The translations under genes and the position numbers were made by a program. A model generated the notes under the pieces. It was not told the origin of the DNA, made no database searches, and worked only from the letters and a program-made list of their open reading frames with translations. Shown one piece after another: positions 8,880 to 18,485 of a stretch of DNA of 42,314 nucleotides. How positions within the stretch are numbered: position 1 is the stretch's first letter; each line of letters opens with the position of its first letter. Origin of the DNA: Chthonomonadales bacterium (GTDB taxonomy: Bacteria > Armatimonadota > Chthonomonadetes > Chthonomonadales > CAJBBX01); NCBI GenBank assembly GCA_037443035.1, contig JBBIPC010000009.1:81984-124297 (forward strand), read 5' to 3'.

Positions 8880-11800
8880 ATGTGCATAGGAGGAAGTCCA
8901 GGCATCCTGGCAGTCATGATACTCTCGGTACTCGCGATAGCACCCGCACGGAGCGCCGATCTCTACGTCGCACACACGGGCAACGATTCGTGGTCGGGCC
9001 GACGCGCTGCACCCAATCGTTCGCGGAAGGATGGCCCTTTCCGCACTATAGAGCGATCCCTTGTGGCTGCACGTCGGCTGCTGCAGGAGGGCCCAGTCAC
9101 GATCTGGCTCCGCGGGGGCGTCTACGAGCTACGGGAGAGCGTGTCGCTGTCTGTCGCCGACTCCGGCTCTCCCGGTCATGAGCTGGCCGTCCGAGCGTAT
9201 CGTGGGGAGCACCCCATTCTTCGCGGAGGTGTTGCCATCCAGAAATGGGGTCCTGTGACCGATGCCGCAGTCCTCGACCGCCTCACCCCGGAGGCACGCA
9301 ATCACGTTGTATGCGCCGATCTCAAAGCCCTCGGCATCACCAACTACGGGAAGCTCACGCCTCGGGGATTTGGCCGGCCCGTCACACCAGCAGCTCTGGA
9401 GCTATTCTTCCGCGACAGGCCCATGACACTGGCACGGTGGCCGAACGAGGATTGGGCCCATATCAAGGCGACACCTGCTGGACAGCAGGGAGGCACGTTC
9501 ACCTTCGAAGGCGGTCAGCCGGAGCGCTGGAAAGATCCCTCCGACGTGTGGGTGCATGGGTATTGGACCTACGACTGGGCGGACACCTACGAGAAGGTCG
9601 CGAAGCTAGACCCCACGACTCGGACGGTGACGACGGAACCGCCACACGGCGTCTACGGCTATTCGCCTGGGAAGCGGTTCTACTTCCTCAACGTCCTCGA
9701 AGAGCTGGACCACCCCGGAGAATGGTATCTCGATCGAGCGACGGGCAAGCTTTACTTCTGGCCCCCTTCCTTCGTCCGGCCAGGCGATGCCGTGGTCTCG
9801 CTGCTAGACCAGCCTCTCCTGCGTATCACGGACGTTCGGTACCTCACCGTCTCTGACATCACGTTCGAATGTTCGAGAGCATCCGCCATCGAGATGACGG
9901 GCGGCGAACAGAACCTCATCACCCACTGCGAGTTCCGGAACCTCGGTACCAGCGCAGTCTCCATCGTCGGAGGTCGCCGGCACACGATCGCCGACTGCCA
10001 TATCCACGATGTCGGTGAAGGCGGCATCCACGTGGACGGCGGCGACAGGAAGACGCTGACACCGGCGCAACACCGGGTCTTGCGGAACCACATCCACGAT
10101 TACAGCCGGTGGTGTTTCACCTACCGTCCGGCTATCGGACTCAATGGCGTCGGTAACATCGTGGCGAACAACGCCATCCACGATGCACCGCACAATGCCA
10201 TTCTCGTTGGCGGCAACGACCACCTCATCGAGCTGAACGATATCTCTCGCGTGTGCCTGCAGACAGGCGATGCCGGCGCCATCTACATGGGCCGCAACAT
10301 GACCATGCGGGGAACGGTGATCCGCTGGAACTACTTCCATGACGTGACGCGGACCATTGGTGGTAACGAGGGGTTCGTGGATGTCATGTCGGTCTACCTG
10401 GATGACTGCTTCTGCGGCACCACCGTGTTCGGGAACGTGTTTGTGCGAGCAGGACGGGCTGCCATGATCGGAGGCGGTCGCGACAACCGCATCGAGAACA
10501 ACATCTTCGTGGATTGCCGGCCGGCCGTGCATGTCGACTCCCGGGGTATCGGCTGGGCGAAGTTCTGGTTCGATGGACGCGATCCCTTCATCATGAACGG
10601 ACTCAGGGAGGTCAACTTCGACAAGCCGCCTTACTCCGAGCGTTATCCCCAACTGGTCAATCTTCTCGACGACCAGCCTGGTCTCGCGAAAGGCAACGTC
10701 ATTGCACGCAACGTCTCGCTCGGCGGCAAATGGATCGAGTTGTTCGACGGCCTCGGCGAGAAGATCGTGCAGATGGACCGGAACTTCACGAGCGGCGACC
10801 CGGGATTCGTCGACGCGGCGGCGCTCGACTTCCGGCTGAAGCCGGATTCACCCCTCAAGGCACTCGGCTTCGAACCTATCCCGCTGGAGCGGATAGGGCT
10901 GCCCGAGGCCGTACCCACTCCATGGGCGCCAGTGCCCCCCATGCCAACGCTGCCTCCGAAGCCCGCAGCCCCAGCATCGCGGATGAGAATCTGGCAGTCG
11001 CTGCGCTTTGGCATGTTCGTTCACTGGGGGATCTACTCCGTCGGAGGCGTCGAGGCATCCTGGCCCTTATTCCAAGGGCAGTTCCGTCGCGAAGTGTACG
11101 AAGGCTGGGCGCAGCAGTTCCGACCCGCGTCCTTCGACGCTCGCCAGCTCGTCCGGTTGGCCAAGCGCGCCGGAATGAAGTACCTCGTCATCACCACCAA
11201 GCACCACGACGGCTTCGCCATGTTCGGCACCCGCCTGAGCGACTACTCGATCATGCATGGACCACTCAAGAGAGATCTGGTTGGTGAGGTGGTTCGAGCT
11301 TGTCGTGCGGAAGGGCTCAAGGTCGGCTTCTACTTCTCCCTTTGCGACTGGCACGACGCGCGATATCCTTCCTGGCCCATAGCGGGCGCATGGCCCTTCG
11401 GTCCGATCCGACCGGATCCAGAAAGGTGGGCCCAGTTTGTCACTTTCTTGCACGGCCAAGTGAAAGAGCTGCTCACGAACTACGGCCCCGTGGACATCCT
11501 CTGGTTCGATGGTGGCTGGGAGCACACGCCGGACGAGTGGCAGGCGGATGCACTGATGGACACGATTCGTAAGCTACAGCCTGGAATCATCGTCAACGAC
11601 CGACTCCCTGGCCACGGCGACTATGCCACGCCCGAGCAGACGATCCCCCAGGGGGGTCTGCGGCGGCCGTGGGAGACGTGCATGACCATCAACAACACGT
11701 GGGGCTACAACCCCAGTGACAAGGCTTTCAAGTCCGCCCGCGACCTGATTCGCAACCTGTGCCGGATCGCCGGTGGAGGTGGCAACTTCCTGCTCAACGT

Positions 11801-12596
11801 CGGGCCTCGACCGGACGGTTCCATCCAACCGGAGTTCGTGGAGCGCCTGCAGGCAATCGGCGATTGGCTCCGTATCCACGGTGAGGCGATCTACGGCACG
11901 CAAGCCGGTCCCGCTGACCTCTACCCATCCGGATCTGTCACGCGCAAGGGCGGCACCCTCTACATCCATGTCTTCGAGCGCCCCGCGGGACCGATCCTGC
12001 TGAATCGGTCGCTCATGGAGATCGCCTCCGCACGGCTCCTGAGCGACGGCAAACCCGTGAAATACCAGCGAACAGACGACGGTATAGCCCTGCTCCTCGA
12101 ACCCGGCCGCTTCGATCCGAATGTCACAGTTATAGCCCTGGAAGTGCCAGCGCTCGCTGCTCTGGGCGCTCCTTCGCGACCAGACGCCCAAGGTGTGTTC
12201 GTGCTCCGGGCTGCTGATGCGGACGTCCACGGTGCGCAGTTGACCTACCAGCCCCAGTACGATGACCTCGGCGCGTGGATGACACCATGGGACTGGGCGG
12301 AGTGGACCATCCATGTGCCCGAGACGGGAGAGTACGAGGTGGTGCTTTCAGCGGGCGTTCCGCCATCTCAGGAAGGGAGCGTCATAGAGCTGAGGATCGG
12401 TCAACAAGCAGTACGCGCCGTCACCAAGCCGACCACTGGTTGGACAGACTATAGGCCGCTTCGCATGGGCAGGATAGCTCTTCAATCAGGAACGAGCCCC
12501 GTCGTGCTGCGCTGTCTTCGACTCGCCGGGCAGGCTGTGCTGAACCTCCGCGAGATCCGAATCCTCCCTGCGAAAGCAACGACGTCAGAACCATAA
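8880..12596 (+). CDS. Secreted multidomain glycosidase: right-handed beta-helix (GH141-like) + GH29 alpha-L-fucosidase + C-terminal CBM-like domain
   Basis: AAGGAG RBS and signal peptide. N-terminal YVAHTGNDSWSG/GPFRTIER plus parallel beta-helix repeats (GAIYMG, VYLDD); Pro-rich linker; GH29 motifs FGMFVHWGIYS, KHHDGF, WFDGGW, WETCMTINNTWGY, LLNVGP; C-terminal jelly-roll (DWAEWTI...TGWTDY). Confidence 0.88.
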   Translation: MCIGGSPGILAVMILSVLAIAPARSADLYVAHTGNDSWSGRRAAPNRSRKDGPFRTIERSLVAARRLLQEGPVTIWLRGGVYELRESVSLSVADSGSPGHELAVRAYRGEHPILRGGVAIQKWGPVTDAAVLDRLTPEARNHVVCADLKALGITNYGKLTPRGFGRPVTPAALELFFRDRPMTLARWPNEDWAHIKATPAGQQGGTFTFEGGQPERWKDPSDVWVHGYWTYDWADTYEKVAKLDPTTRTVTTEPPHGVYGYSPGKRFYFLNVLEELDHPGEWYLDRATGKLYFWPPSFVRPGDAVVSLLDQPLLRITDVRYLTVSDITFECSRASAIEMTGGEQNLITHCEFRNLGTSAVSIVGGRRHTIADCHIHDVGEGGIHVDGGDRKTLTPAQHRVLRNHIHDYSRWCFTYRPAIGLNGVGNIVANNAIHDAPHNAILVGGNDHLIELNDISRVCLQTGDAGAIYMGRNMTMRGTVIRWNYFHDVTRTIGGNEGFVDVMSVYLDDCFCGTTVFGNVFVRAGRAAMIGGGRDNRIENNIFVDCRPAVHVDSRGIGWAKFWFDGRDPFIMNGLREVNFDKPPYSERYPQLVNLLDDQPGLAKGNVIARNVSLGGKWIELFDGLGEKIVQMDRNFTSGDPGFVDAAALDFRLKPDSPLKALGFEPIPLERIGLPEAVPTPWAPVPPMPTLPPKPAAPASRMRIWQSLRFGMFVHWGIYSVGGVEASWPLFQGQFRREVYEGWAQQFRPASFDARQLVRLAKRAGMKYLVITTKHHDGFAMFGTRLSDYSIMHGPLKRDLVGEVVRACRAEGLKVGFYFSLCDWHDARYPSWPIAGAWPFGPIRPDPERWAQFVTFLHGQVKELLTNYGPVDILWFDGGWEHTPDEWQADALMDTIRKLQPGIIVNDRLPGHGDYATPEQTIPQGGLRRPWETCMTINNTWGYNPSDKAFKSARDLIRNLCRIAGGGGNFLLNVGPRPDGSIQPEFVERLQAIGDWLRIHGEAIYGTQAGPADLYPSGSVTRKGGTLYIHVFERPAGPILLNRSLMEIASARLLSDGKPVKYQRTDDGIALLLEPGRFDPNVTVIALEVPALAALGAPSRPDAQGVFVLRAADADVHGAQLTYQPQYDDLGAWMTPWDWAEWTIHVPETGEYEVVLSAGVPPSQEGSVIELRIGQQAVRAVTKPTTGWTDYRPLRMGRIALQSGTSPVVLRCLRLAGQAVLNLREIRILPAKATTSEP

Positions 12597-12610
12597 CTCT
12601 CACCAACCGC

Positions 12611-12660
12611 AGGCTGATGGTGCCTTTGCGATGCGTCCCACCACACAGCCTCATTGTGTT
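12611..12660 (+). terminator. Possible intrinsic terminator/hairpin
   Basis: AGGCTG-a-TGGTG ... CACCA-ca-CAGCCT stem followed by a weak T-rich run, right after the stop at 12596. Confidence 0.3.
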
Positions 12661-12661
12661 T

Positions 12662-12677
12662 AGTAAATCGCTTTACT
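12662..12677. promoter_or_regulatory. LacI-family-like operator next to a putative promoter
   Basis: AGTAAA-TCGC-TTTACT palindrome with central CG; -10-like TATACT at 12698-12703. Confidence 0.5.
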
Positions 12678-12744
12678 TTTGCAGTCCGCACGGGGTATAT
12701 ACTGGTGCGAACGAACACGGGGGGAGCACGTAAGCGAACTACAC

Positions 12745-14796
12745 ATGACTGGAATAGGCACGGCACTGTACATCGGATTGCCTGCGTCCCTGCGCAGGCG
12801 TTTTCTTGCCATCGCTCTTCCAGTCCTGCTTTCGGCGGCGGTGCCCCAGGGAGCATGGGCCGTGTCACAGGGAAGCGATTACTCCCGAAGGCGCATCCAG
12901 GCGGTCAGGGCACCCAGTCCGCCTACCATAGACGGGGATCTTTCCGATCCGGTATGGGCCGCTGCTCCCGTCGCGAACACGTTCATTGACCGAGACCGAA
13001 CGGAGCCTGCGCCAGACCAGACCGTTGCGCACGTCCTCTACGACGACAACGCCATCTACGTCAGCTTCTACTGCTACGACTCCCAACCGAACGAGATCGT
13101 GGCCCGGGAGACTGTACGGGACAGCAAGTATGAGCGGCATGACGACAGCGAGGACAATGTGGAGTTCGTGCTGGACCCGTTTCGAACGTATCGCTGGAGC
13201 GATCGGGCGCGGTTTTCCGTCAACCCACTAGGCACCCCCTCGGCACGCATCAGCGGCGGACGTGCCAACAAAGCGGAATGGAGGGGCGATTGGTCCGGAG
13301 CTGCCCGTCGGGTGCGGGACGGCTGGACTGCTGAAATGGCCATACCATGGGCTATCCTCAATTATCCCCGTTCCCGCGGTCCAGTGACCATGGGCATCAA
13401 CTTCATGCGCTGGCAGGAGCGAACCCGTATCCGCTCGCGCTGGAGTGACGAGGGACCGACGGGACGCGAGGAGCTCGAGGGTCTGTGGGTGGATGTTCAG
13501 CCACCTGCAGACGGCTTCCGCCCCCGCGTATCTGTTCTTCCGTACACCCTGGGCGGGTTCCGGCGAGGCGATCTTATTGGCCGAGCCGGTCTCGACATGC
13601 GTTACCCGGCAACGACCGAACTGACGGTGGTGGCGACGGTCAATCCCGACTTCGGTACCATCGAAGGTGCGGTTCAGGGAATCCAGTTCTCTCGTTCGGA
13701 ACGGTTCGTGCCAGAGAAGAGGCCTTTCTTTCTCGAAGGACGCGACTACATCGGCGCCGGCAACGAGTACACCTTCGGTCCGTTCTTCTATCCCAACCGC
13801 ATCGGCATGTTCGACGTAGGCGCCAAAGTGTATGGCAAGATCACTCCCAGAGATACCATCGGTATGCTCGGCACAGCAGACTTTGGCAATCGGAGCGATT
13901 TCGTCCTGAACGTGCGCCATGACCTGGACGCCACCGCGACCATGGGCGTTTTCCTCTCGCAGTTGAGTAGCCGTGACGACAACAACACCGTGGCTCTCGT
14001 CTCCCAGAGATGGGAGCGTGGCAAGCTGTCGCTCTCTCACCAGTGGGCCACGGCATCGGGTCTGGAGACTGCTGGCACGGCACAGCAGATCGGACTGAGC
14101 TGGGAAGATCGTAACCTCTTCAGCTCGCTGCAACTATTGCGCGTGTCGCCGAGATTTCGCGTCGCCGACGGCTTGATCTGGTTCACGGACTTCAAGGGTG
14201 TCCACCTGTACAACACTCACGGAGGGCAGTGGCGTCACGGACCGCTGCGCGCATTTCATCTCGAGCTAGGCGGTCTCATGGACTGGTACACGGATGGCCG
14301 CCCGTTCCGGGCAGGGGCGAACTTGGGGTTCGGTGTCGAAACCCGGAGCGACTGGGGTCTGTCGCTTGGCTTCGATTACCAGCGGTTCGACGGACAGATG
14401 GATCGCACCATGAACGTCGGCCTGATCTGCGGAGCGTCCAACAGATTCCGGCAGTGGGGCATTCGCCTGACAACCGGTGTTGCTGGCGATCGCCCGTACA
14501 CGTTTCTCGGCCCCGGCTTCAGTGTTCGGGTCCTGGGCAAGACCGACATCGTCTACAGCGGAGCGCTGGTCACCCTGGATGGTTCCACACAGCAGCACAT
14601 CGTCACGCTCGGCTATGAGCTTACGCCCACGAGATCGTTTGGCGGCCGCTTAGTGGTCAGCGATGGGACGATGAACTGGTACGTGTCGTACCGACAGTCG
14701 GGTGAAAAGGGCACCGAGACGTTCGTCATGTTCGGCGATCCCAACGCTGAGCGCTTCGTGGAAACGCTGCAAGTCAAGTTCGTCTTCGCGCTGTAG
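12745..14796 (+). CDS. CBM9-like sugar-binding + DUF5916 (putative outer-membrane beta-barrel) protein
   Basis: PTIDGDLSDPVW, LYDDNAIYV, WTAEMAIPW (CBM9-like); TVNPDFGTIE, PEKRPFFLEG (DUF5916); beta-strand-rich C-terminus ending FVFAL. Start uncertain (12679 TTG or 12745 ATG). Confidence 0.8.
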   Translation: MTGIGTALYIGLPASLRRRFLAIALPVLLSAAVPQGAWAVSQGSDYSRRRIQAVRAPSPPTIDGDLSDPVWAAAPVANTFIDRDRTEPAPDQTVAHVLYDDNAIYVSFYCYDSQPNEIVARETVRDSKYERHDDSEDNVEFVLDPFRTYRWSDRARFSVNPLGTPSARISGGRANKAEWRGDWSGAARRVRDGWTAEMAIPWAILNYPRSRGPVTMGINFMRWQERTRIRSRWSDEGPTGREELEGLWVDVQPPADGFRPRVSVLPYTLGGFRRGDLIGRAGLDMRYPATTELTVVATVNPDFGTIEGAVQGIQFSRSERFVPEKRPFFLEGRDYIGAGNEYTFGPFFYPNRIGMFDVGAKVYGKITPRDTIGMLGTADFGNRSDFVLNVRHDLDATATMGVFLSQLSSRDDNNTVALVSQRWERGKLSLSHQWATASGLETAGTAQQIGLSWEDRNLFSSLQLLRVSPRFRVADGLIWFTDFKGVHLYNTHGGQWRHGPLRAFHLELGGLMDWYTDGRPFRAGANLGFGVETRSDWGLSLGFDYQRFDGQMDRTMNVGLICGASNRFRQWGIRLTTGVAGDRPYTFLGPGFSVRVLGKTDIVYSGALVTLDGSTQQHIVTLGYELTPTRSFGGRLVVSDGTMNWYVSYRQSGEKGTETFVMFGDPNAERFVETLQVKFVFAL

Positions 14797-14811
14797 ATAG
14801 GCAGGAGGTGG

Positions 14812-15954
14812 CTACGGCCGCTTGACCCACTCCTCTTCGAGGATCGCGTGACGGATGACGGTCCGCTCGTCGGATGTGAACACTACATGGATCTTCCCAT
14901 CTCGGGTCTGGATGGCGTACGGATAGGCGAAGTCGCCCTCTCCTTCCACGAGGTTGCGCCGACATGGCCACGTCCGATCGTTGTCGGTGCTCAAGGCAAC
15001 CGTGAGCGGCGTTCGCTCGTTCATGCTGTCGTTGTAGATCAGCAGCAGGTGACCATTCCGCAATCGCAGGAAGTCCACCGCGGCATTGGGATTGGGGAAT
15101 GCCGAATCCTCGCCTTCGCTCCATGATTTGCCACCGTCGCGGGATTCGGATCGGACGATGTACCCATCCGTTACGGGCTCGTAACCGCCTCCGCGACGAC
15201 AGTACGCCACCAGCCAGCCAGGTTCCAGCTCGGCAACCGCCGGCTGGATGTTGCCTTTGGGCGACCGTATGATCCCGCTGGGCACCCATTGCCGTGCCTT
15301 CGTATCCCAGCGCAGGAAGCGCGATGTGCTATCCGCCCCGACGCGCTCCGTGTCATGCCCAGTCTCATGATAGACGGGCAGCAAGTACTCGCCACTCGCT
15401 AGGACGATGGGCCGCCCGCGCACCATCATGCCCTCCACATCGCTGACAACGAAGCTGTCCGACCACGTACGTGCCCCGTCGCGGGAGACTTTGCCCTGAA
15501 TCCGCGAAGTAGACCACGTATCGCCCCAGCGAACGACGTAGAACAGCCACACAAGGCCATCAGGCGCTTGCCAGACGACGGCATTCCCCAAAGAACGGAA
15601 CGGATCGTGGGCGATTCGAACAGGTCTCGACCAACGCGACGATCCCTTCTTCAGCCGCGCTCCGAATACGCCGGTGTCAACAGCGTACTCCCCCTCGCCA
15701 CCATAGTAGACCAGGTACAGGTCACCGTTGGCCAACTCGGTAATGGAAGCAGGGTGCTTATACGGTCCCGTGCGGATCTCCGGCCCGAACACGCGCTGCA
15801 CGACGCAGCGGCTCTTCGCCTGCGGTGGCGCACCACTACCATACGAACTAAGGAGAAGGGCACCCAGCATGACGACCTCCAGACCGAGCAGGACAGCCCG
15901 GGTCCTTGCATTCCTCGCGTGTACGGTGTCGCGCGGCACTCGACATTCCTCCAC
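14812..15954 (-). CDS. BNR/Asp-box repeat sialidase-like (exo-alpha-sialidase family) protein
   Basis: Asp-boxes SRDGARTW, SRDGGKSW, STDNDRTW; HPASITEL, PNPNAA, RTPL, AYP motifs of BNR_2 propellers; signal peptide. Confidence 0.85.
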   Translation of the reverse strand: MEECRVPRDTVHARNARTRAVLLGLEVVMLGALLLSSYGSGAPPQAKSRCVVQRVFGPEIRTGPYKHPASITELANGDLYLVYYGGEGEYAVDTGVFGARLKKGSSRWSRPVRIAHDPFRSLGNAVVWQAPDGLVWLFYVVRWGDTWSTSRIQGKVSRDGARTWSDSFVVSDVEGMMVRGRPIVLASGEYLLPVYHETGHDTERVGADSTSRFLRWDTKARQWVPSGIIRSPKGNIQPAVAELEPGWLVAYCRRGGGYEPVTDGYIVRSESRDGGKSWSEGEDSAFPNPNAAVDFLRLRNGHLLLIYNDSMNERTPLTVALSTDNDRTWPCRRNLVEGEGDFAYPYAIQTRDGKIHVVFTSDERTVIRHAILEEEWVKRP

Positions 15955-15961
15955 TGAAACC

Positions 15962-18289
15962 TCAGTACAGCGTCAACGTCGCCTCGCCATATCCTGCCTC
16001 GACCCATGCATCGCCAGCGAATGCGCACCGCACGGTGTGAGCGCCGGGGTTCAGCCCGGTCGTATCGAAGACATAGCGAGCCACGCCAGGGTCGAGCGTT
16101 CCACTGCCTGTGACGACATCCGCGATCGAGGTACCGTCCACACTGAAGGTAACCGTCTTGCCCTCTTGTTTGGCGTAGTCGTACAGCCGACGGAAATATG
16201 CGTAGAGTCGAACTGAAGCACCCGCTGCCGCTAATTTCGGCATGACCCAGATGTACGGTGGCGCCTTCTGAACGGTAAGGGTGGCAGTCTTGCTGATGGC
16301 TGCATAGCCTGCGTTTCCTGGCCACTCCGATAGGATCGTCCGTAGCCCTGCGCCTGTTCCATCGGGGACGTCGTAATAGGGATAGCTCGCATACCCCTGG
16401 GTATTGGTGGGACGCGATATGACGAACGTACCATCCACATAGAAGTTCACCATTCGGTTATACAATGGTGCGTTGTCACTACGCAGCAGCCGGGCCTTCA
16501 ACTCCGTACGTCCGGCAATCCGGGCGGTACGATCGAACGTTGCCATCTTCGTCCCCCACCGCTGGCATGTCAGCGTGGCGTTGGCCCAGGAACCGTTGTA
16601 GGCCGAGTCGCCGGCGAACTCGACGGTGATCGTCCGCGAGGCAGGACCGTCTGGGATCGTCCAGAGCAGACTGGAATCTCCACCGCTGTCCGTGGTCGCG
16701 CTTCCCACCACAGTGCCGTCTACGCTGAACGTAATCGTCTTGCCTGCCAGTAGGGCATTGTCGGTGGTCCGCTTCAGGTCGTATTGCCGGAACAGAACGT
16801 TCTCGGTGATCGTGCCGGTGCGGTTGATCGTGAAGAGGGTCGTGTTGGCTCTCAGTATCTCGATCGTAACGGTGGCAGGCGCGCTGTCCGTCTTTCCGTC
16901 GTTCACCTTGAACGTGAAACTGTCCGAACCGTTGTGGGAATCGTCGCTGGTATAGGTGACATTCGGTGGTGTCCCCGAGAGACTGCCGTGCGCGGGCATG
17001 GTGACGATATGAAACGTGAGCGGGTCGCCGTCCGCGTCCGATCCTGTAAGGGTGATCTCCTTTGGTACGGCCGTCGTCGTCGTCACCCACTGGTCGTCCG
17101 CTACGGGCGGGTTGTTCACGACGACATCGCCGATGACCGCCACGCAGTGCGAGTAACCGCCGTCCACCGCAACGACGCTCGTGAGCGTCACGACTTGGAC
17201 GGGCGTCCAGCGATCTATGTAGGTTCCGTCGCCGAGCTGCCCTTGATCGTTCCAGCCCCAGGACCATGCTGTGCCATCCGCCTTCACGGCATGTCCATGG
17301 TAATCGCCACAAGAGATGCCCACAGCACCGGACAGGCCCGAGACGGGTACAGGACTCAGCGAGTCCGTATTGGTGCCGTTGCCGAGCTCCCCATGGTAGT
17401 TGTAGCCCCAGCCGTAGACAGTCCCGTCCGCTTTCAGGGCCAGGCTCCACCAGTAGCCAGCCGAAACTGCGGTAATACCAGTCAGGCCAGGGACCTGCTT
17501 CGGCGTGTAGCTCGACGTGGTCGTGCCGTCGCCGAGCTGACCCTTGTGGTTGTGGCCCCATGCCCATACTGTGCCATCCTGTCGTACCGCCAGGCTATGG
17601 TCGAAACCAGCGGCAATGGCAACGACCTCGGTAAGTCCGACGACCTGCACGGGCGTCAGACGATGCGTCGTGGTTCCGTCTCCCAGGCGTCCGTAGTTAT
17701 TGCGGCCCCAAGCCCAGACAGTACCATCGGATCGTATGGCCAGGCTGTGCTGGTCTCCTGCCGCGATTTTCACCACACCGTCGAGATAGCCCACGTCGTT
17801 GGGGCCGTGAACTTGGACCGGCGAGTACCTATCTTCGATCGTATTGTCGCCCAGTTGGCCCCAGTTCTCGCCCCATCCCCACACTGTGCCATCCGAGCGA
17901 AGGGCAAGATTGTGACGGTGCCCCGACGCAATAGCCGTGATATTGTTCAGGCCCGGAACCTGAATTGGCACCCATGACGGCAGAGCTGTGCCGTTGCCGA
18001 GCTGGCCCCATGTGTTGTCGCCCCACGTCCACACGGTGCCATTCGACAGCAGGGCGATGCTGTGCAGATCGCCAGCCTCCGCAACAACTGCTGTCGTGAT
18101 GCCTGTGACCTGGACCGGCTCTGGGTTGTTGACGTACATCTCGCCGCCAGTGCCGTTGCCCAACTCGCCCTCGTAGTTGTAGCCCCAGGCCCATACCGTG
18201 CCGCTCTGGCCTATCGCAGCAGTTGGCACCACGCCCGCGAGCAGGCAGGAAAGGGTCACCATGCGTATTGCTCTGGCTATCTGTCTCAT
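15962..18289 (-). CDS. Secreted RCC1-repeat beta-propeller protein with Ig-like (Big_9-like) domain and C-terminal Ig-like repeats
   Basis: About seven repeats of HSLAxxxDGTVWAWGxNxxGQLGDGT; NNPPVADD...DADGDPLTF...GSDSFTFKVNDG; three FxVDGT repeats. ATG at 18289 with GGAGG RBS and signal peptide. Confidence 0.9.
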   Translation of the reverse strand: MRQIARAIRMVTLSCLLAGVVPTAAIGQSGTVWAWGYNYEGELGNGTGGEMYVNNPEPVQVTGITTAVVAEAGDLHSIALLSNGTVWTWGDNTWGQLGNGTALPSWVPIQVPGLNNITAIASGHRHNLALRSDGTVWGWGENWGQLGDNTIEDRYSPVQVHGPNDVGYLDGVVKIAAGDQHSLAIRSDGTVWAWGRNNYGRLGDGTTTHRLTPVQVVGLTEVVAIAAGFDHSLAVRQDGTVWAWGHNHKGQLGDGTTTSSYTPKQVPGLTGITAVSAGYWWSLALKADGTVYGWGYNYHGELGNGTNTDSLSPVPVSGLSGAVGISCGDYHGHAVKADGTAWSWGWNDQGQLGDGTYIDRWTPVQVVTLTSVVAVDGGYSHCVAVIGDVVVNNPPVADDQWVTTTTAVPKEITLTGSDADGDPLTFHIVTMPAHGSLSGTPPNVTYTSDDSHNGSDSFTFKVNDGKTDSAPATVTIEILRANTTLFTINRTGTITENVLFRQYDLKRTTDNALLAGKTITFSVDGTVVGSATTDSGGDSSLLWTIPDGPASRTITVEFAGDSAYNGSWANATLTCQRWGTKMATFDRTARIAGRTELKARLLRSDNAPLYNRMVNFYVDGTFVISRPTNTQGYASYPYYDVPDGTGAGLRTILSEWPGNAGYAAISKTATLTVQKAPPYIWVMPKLAAAGASVRLYAYFRRLYDYAKQEGKTVTFSVDGTSIADVVTGSGTLDPGVARYVFDTTGLNPGAHTVRCAFAGDAWVEAGYGEATLTLY

Positions 18290-18485
18290 CTGCCTTCCTC
18301 CGAGGATGGGACGTGCCCTCGAGTCGAGGCGACCAGAACACCATCCAGATCGCTGGTTCCGCAGGTTCTTGTCATGATTAGAGATTACGCGCCTATCGTG
18401 CCTGAATCCTCCCATCATGAAACCTGCAGGATGCATGGTCATGCGCTCCGTATCAGATAGCCATGCTCTGTTTCGGAGGTTCGCC

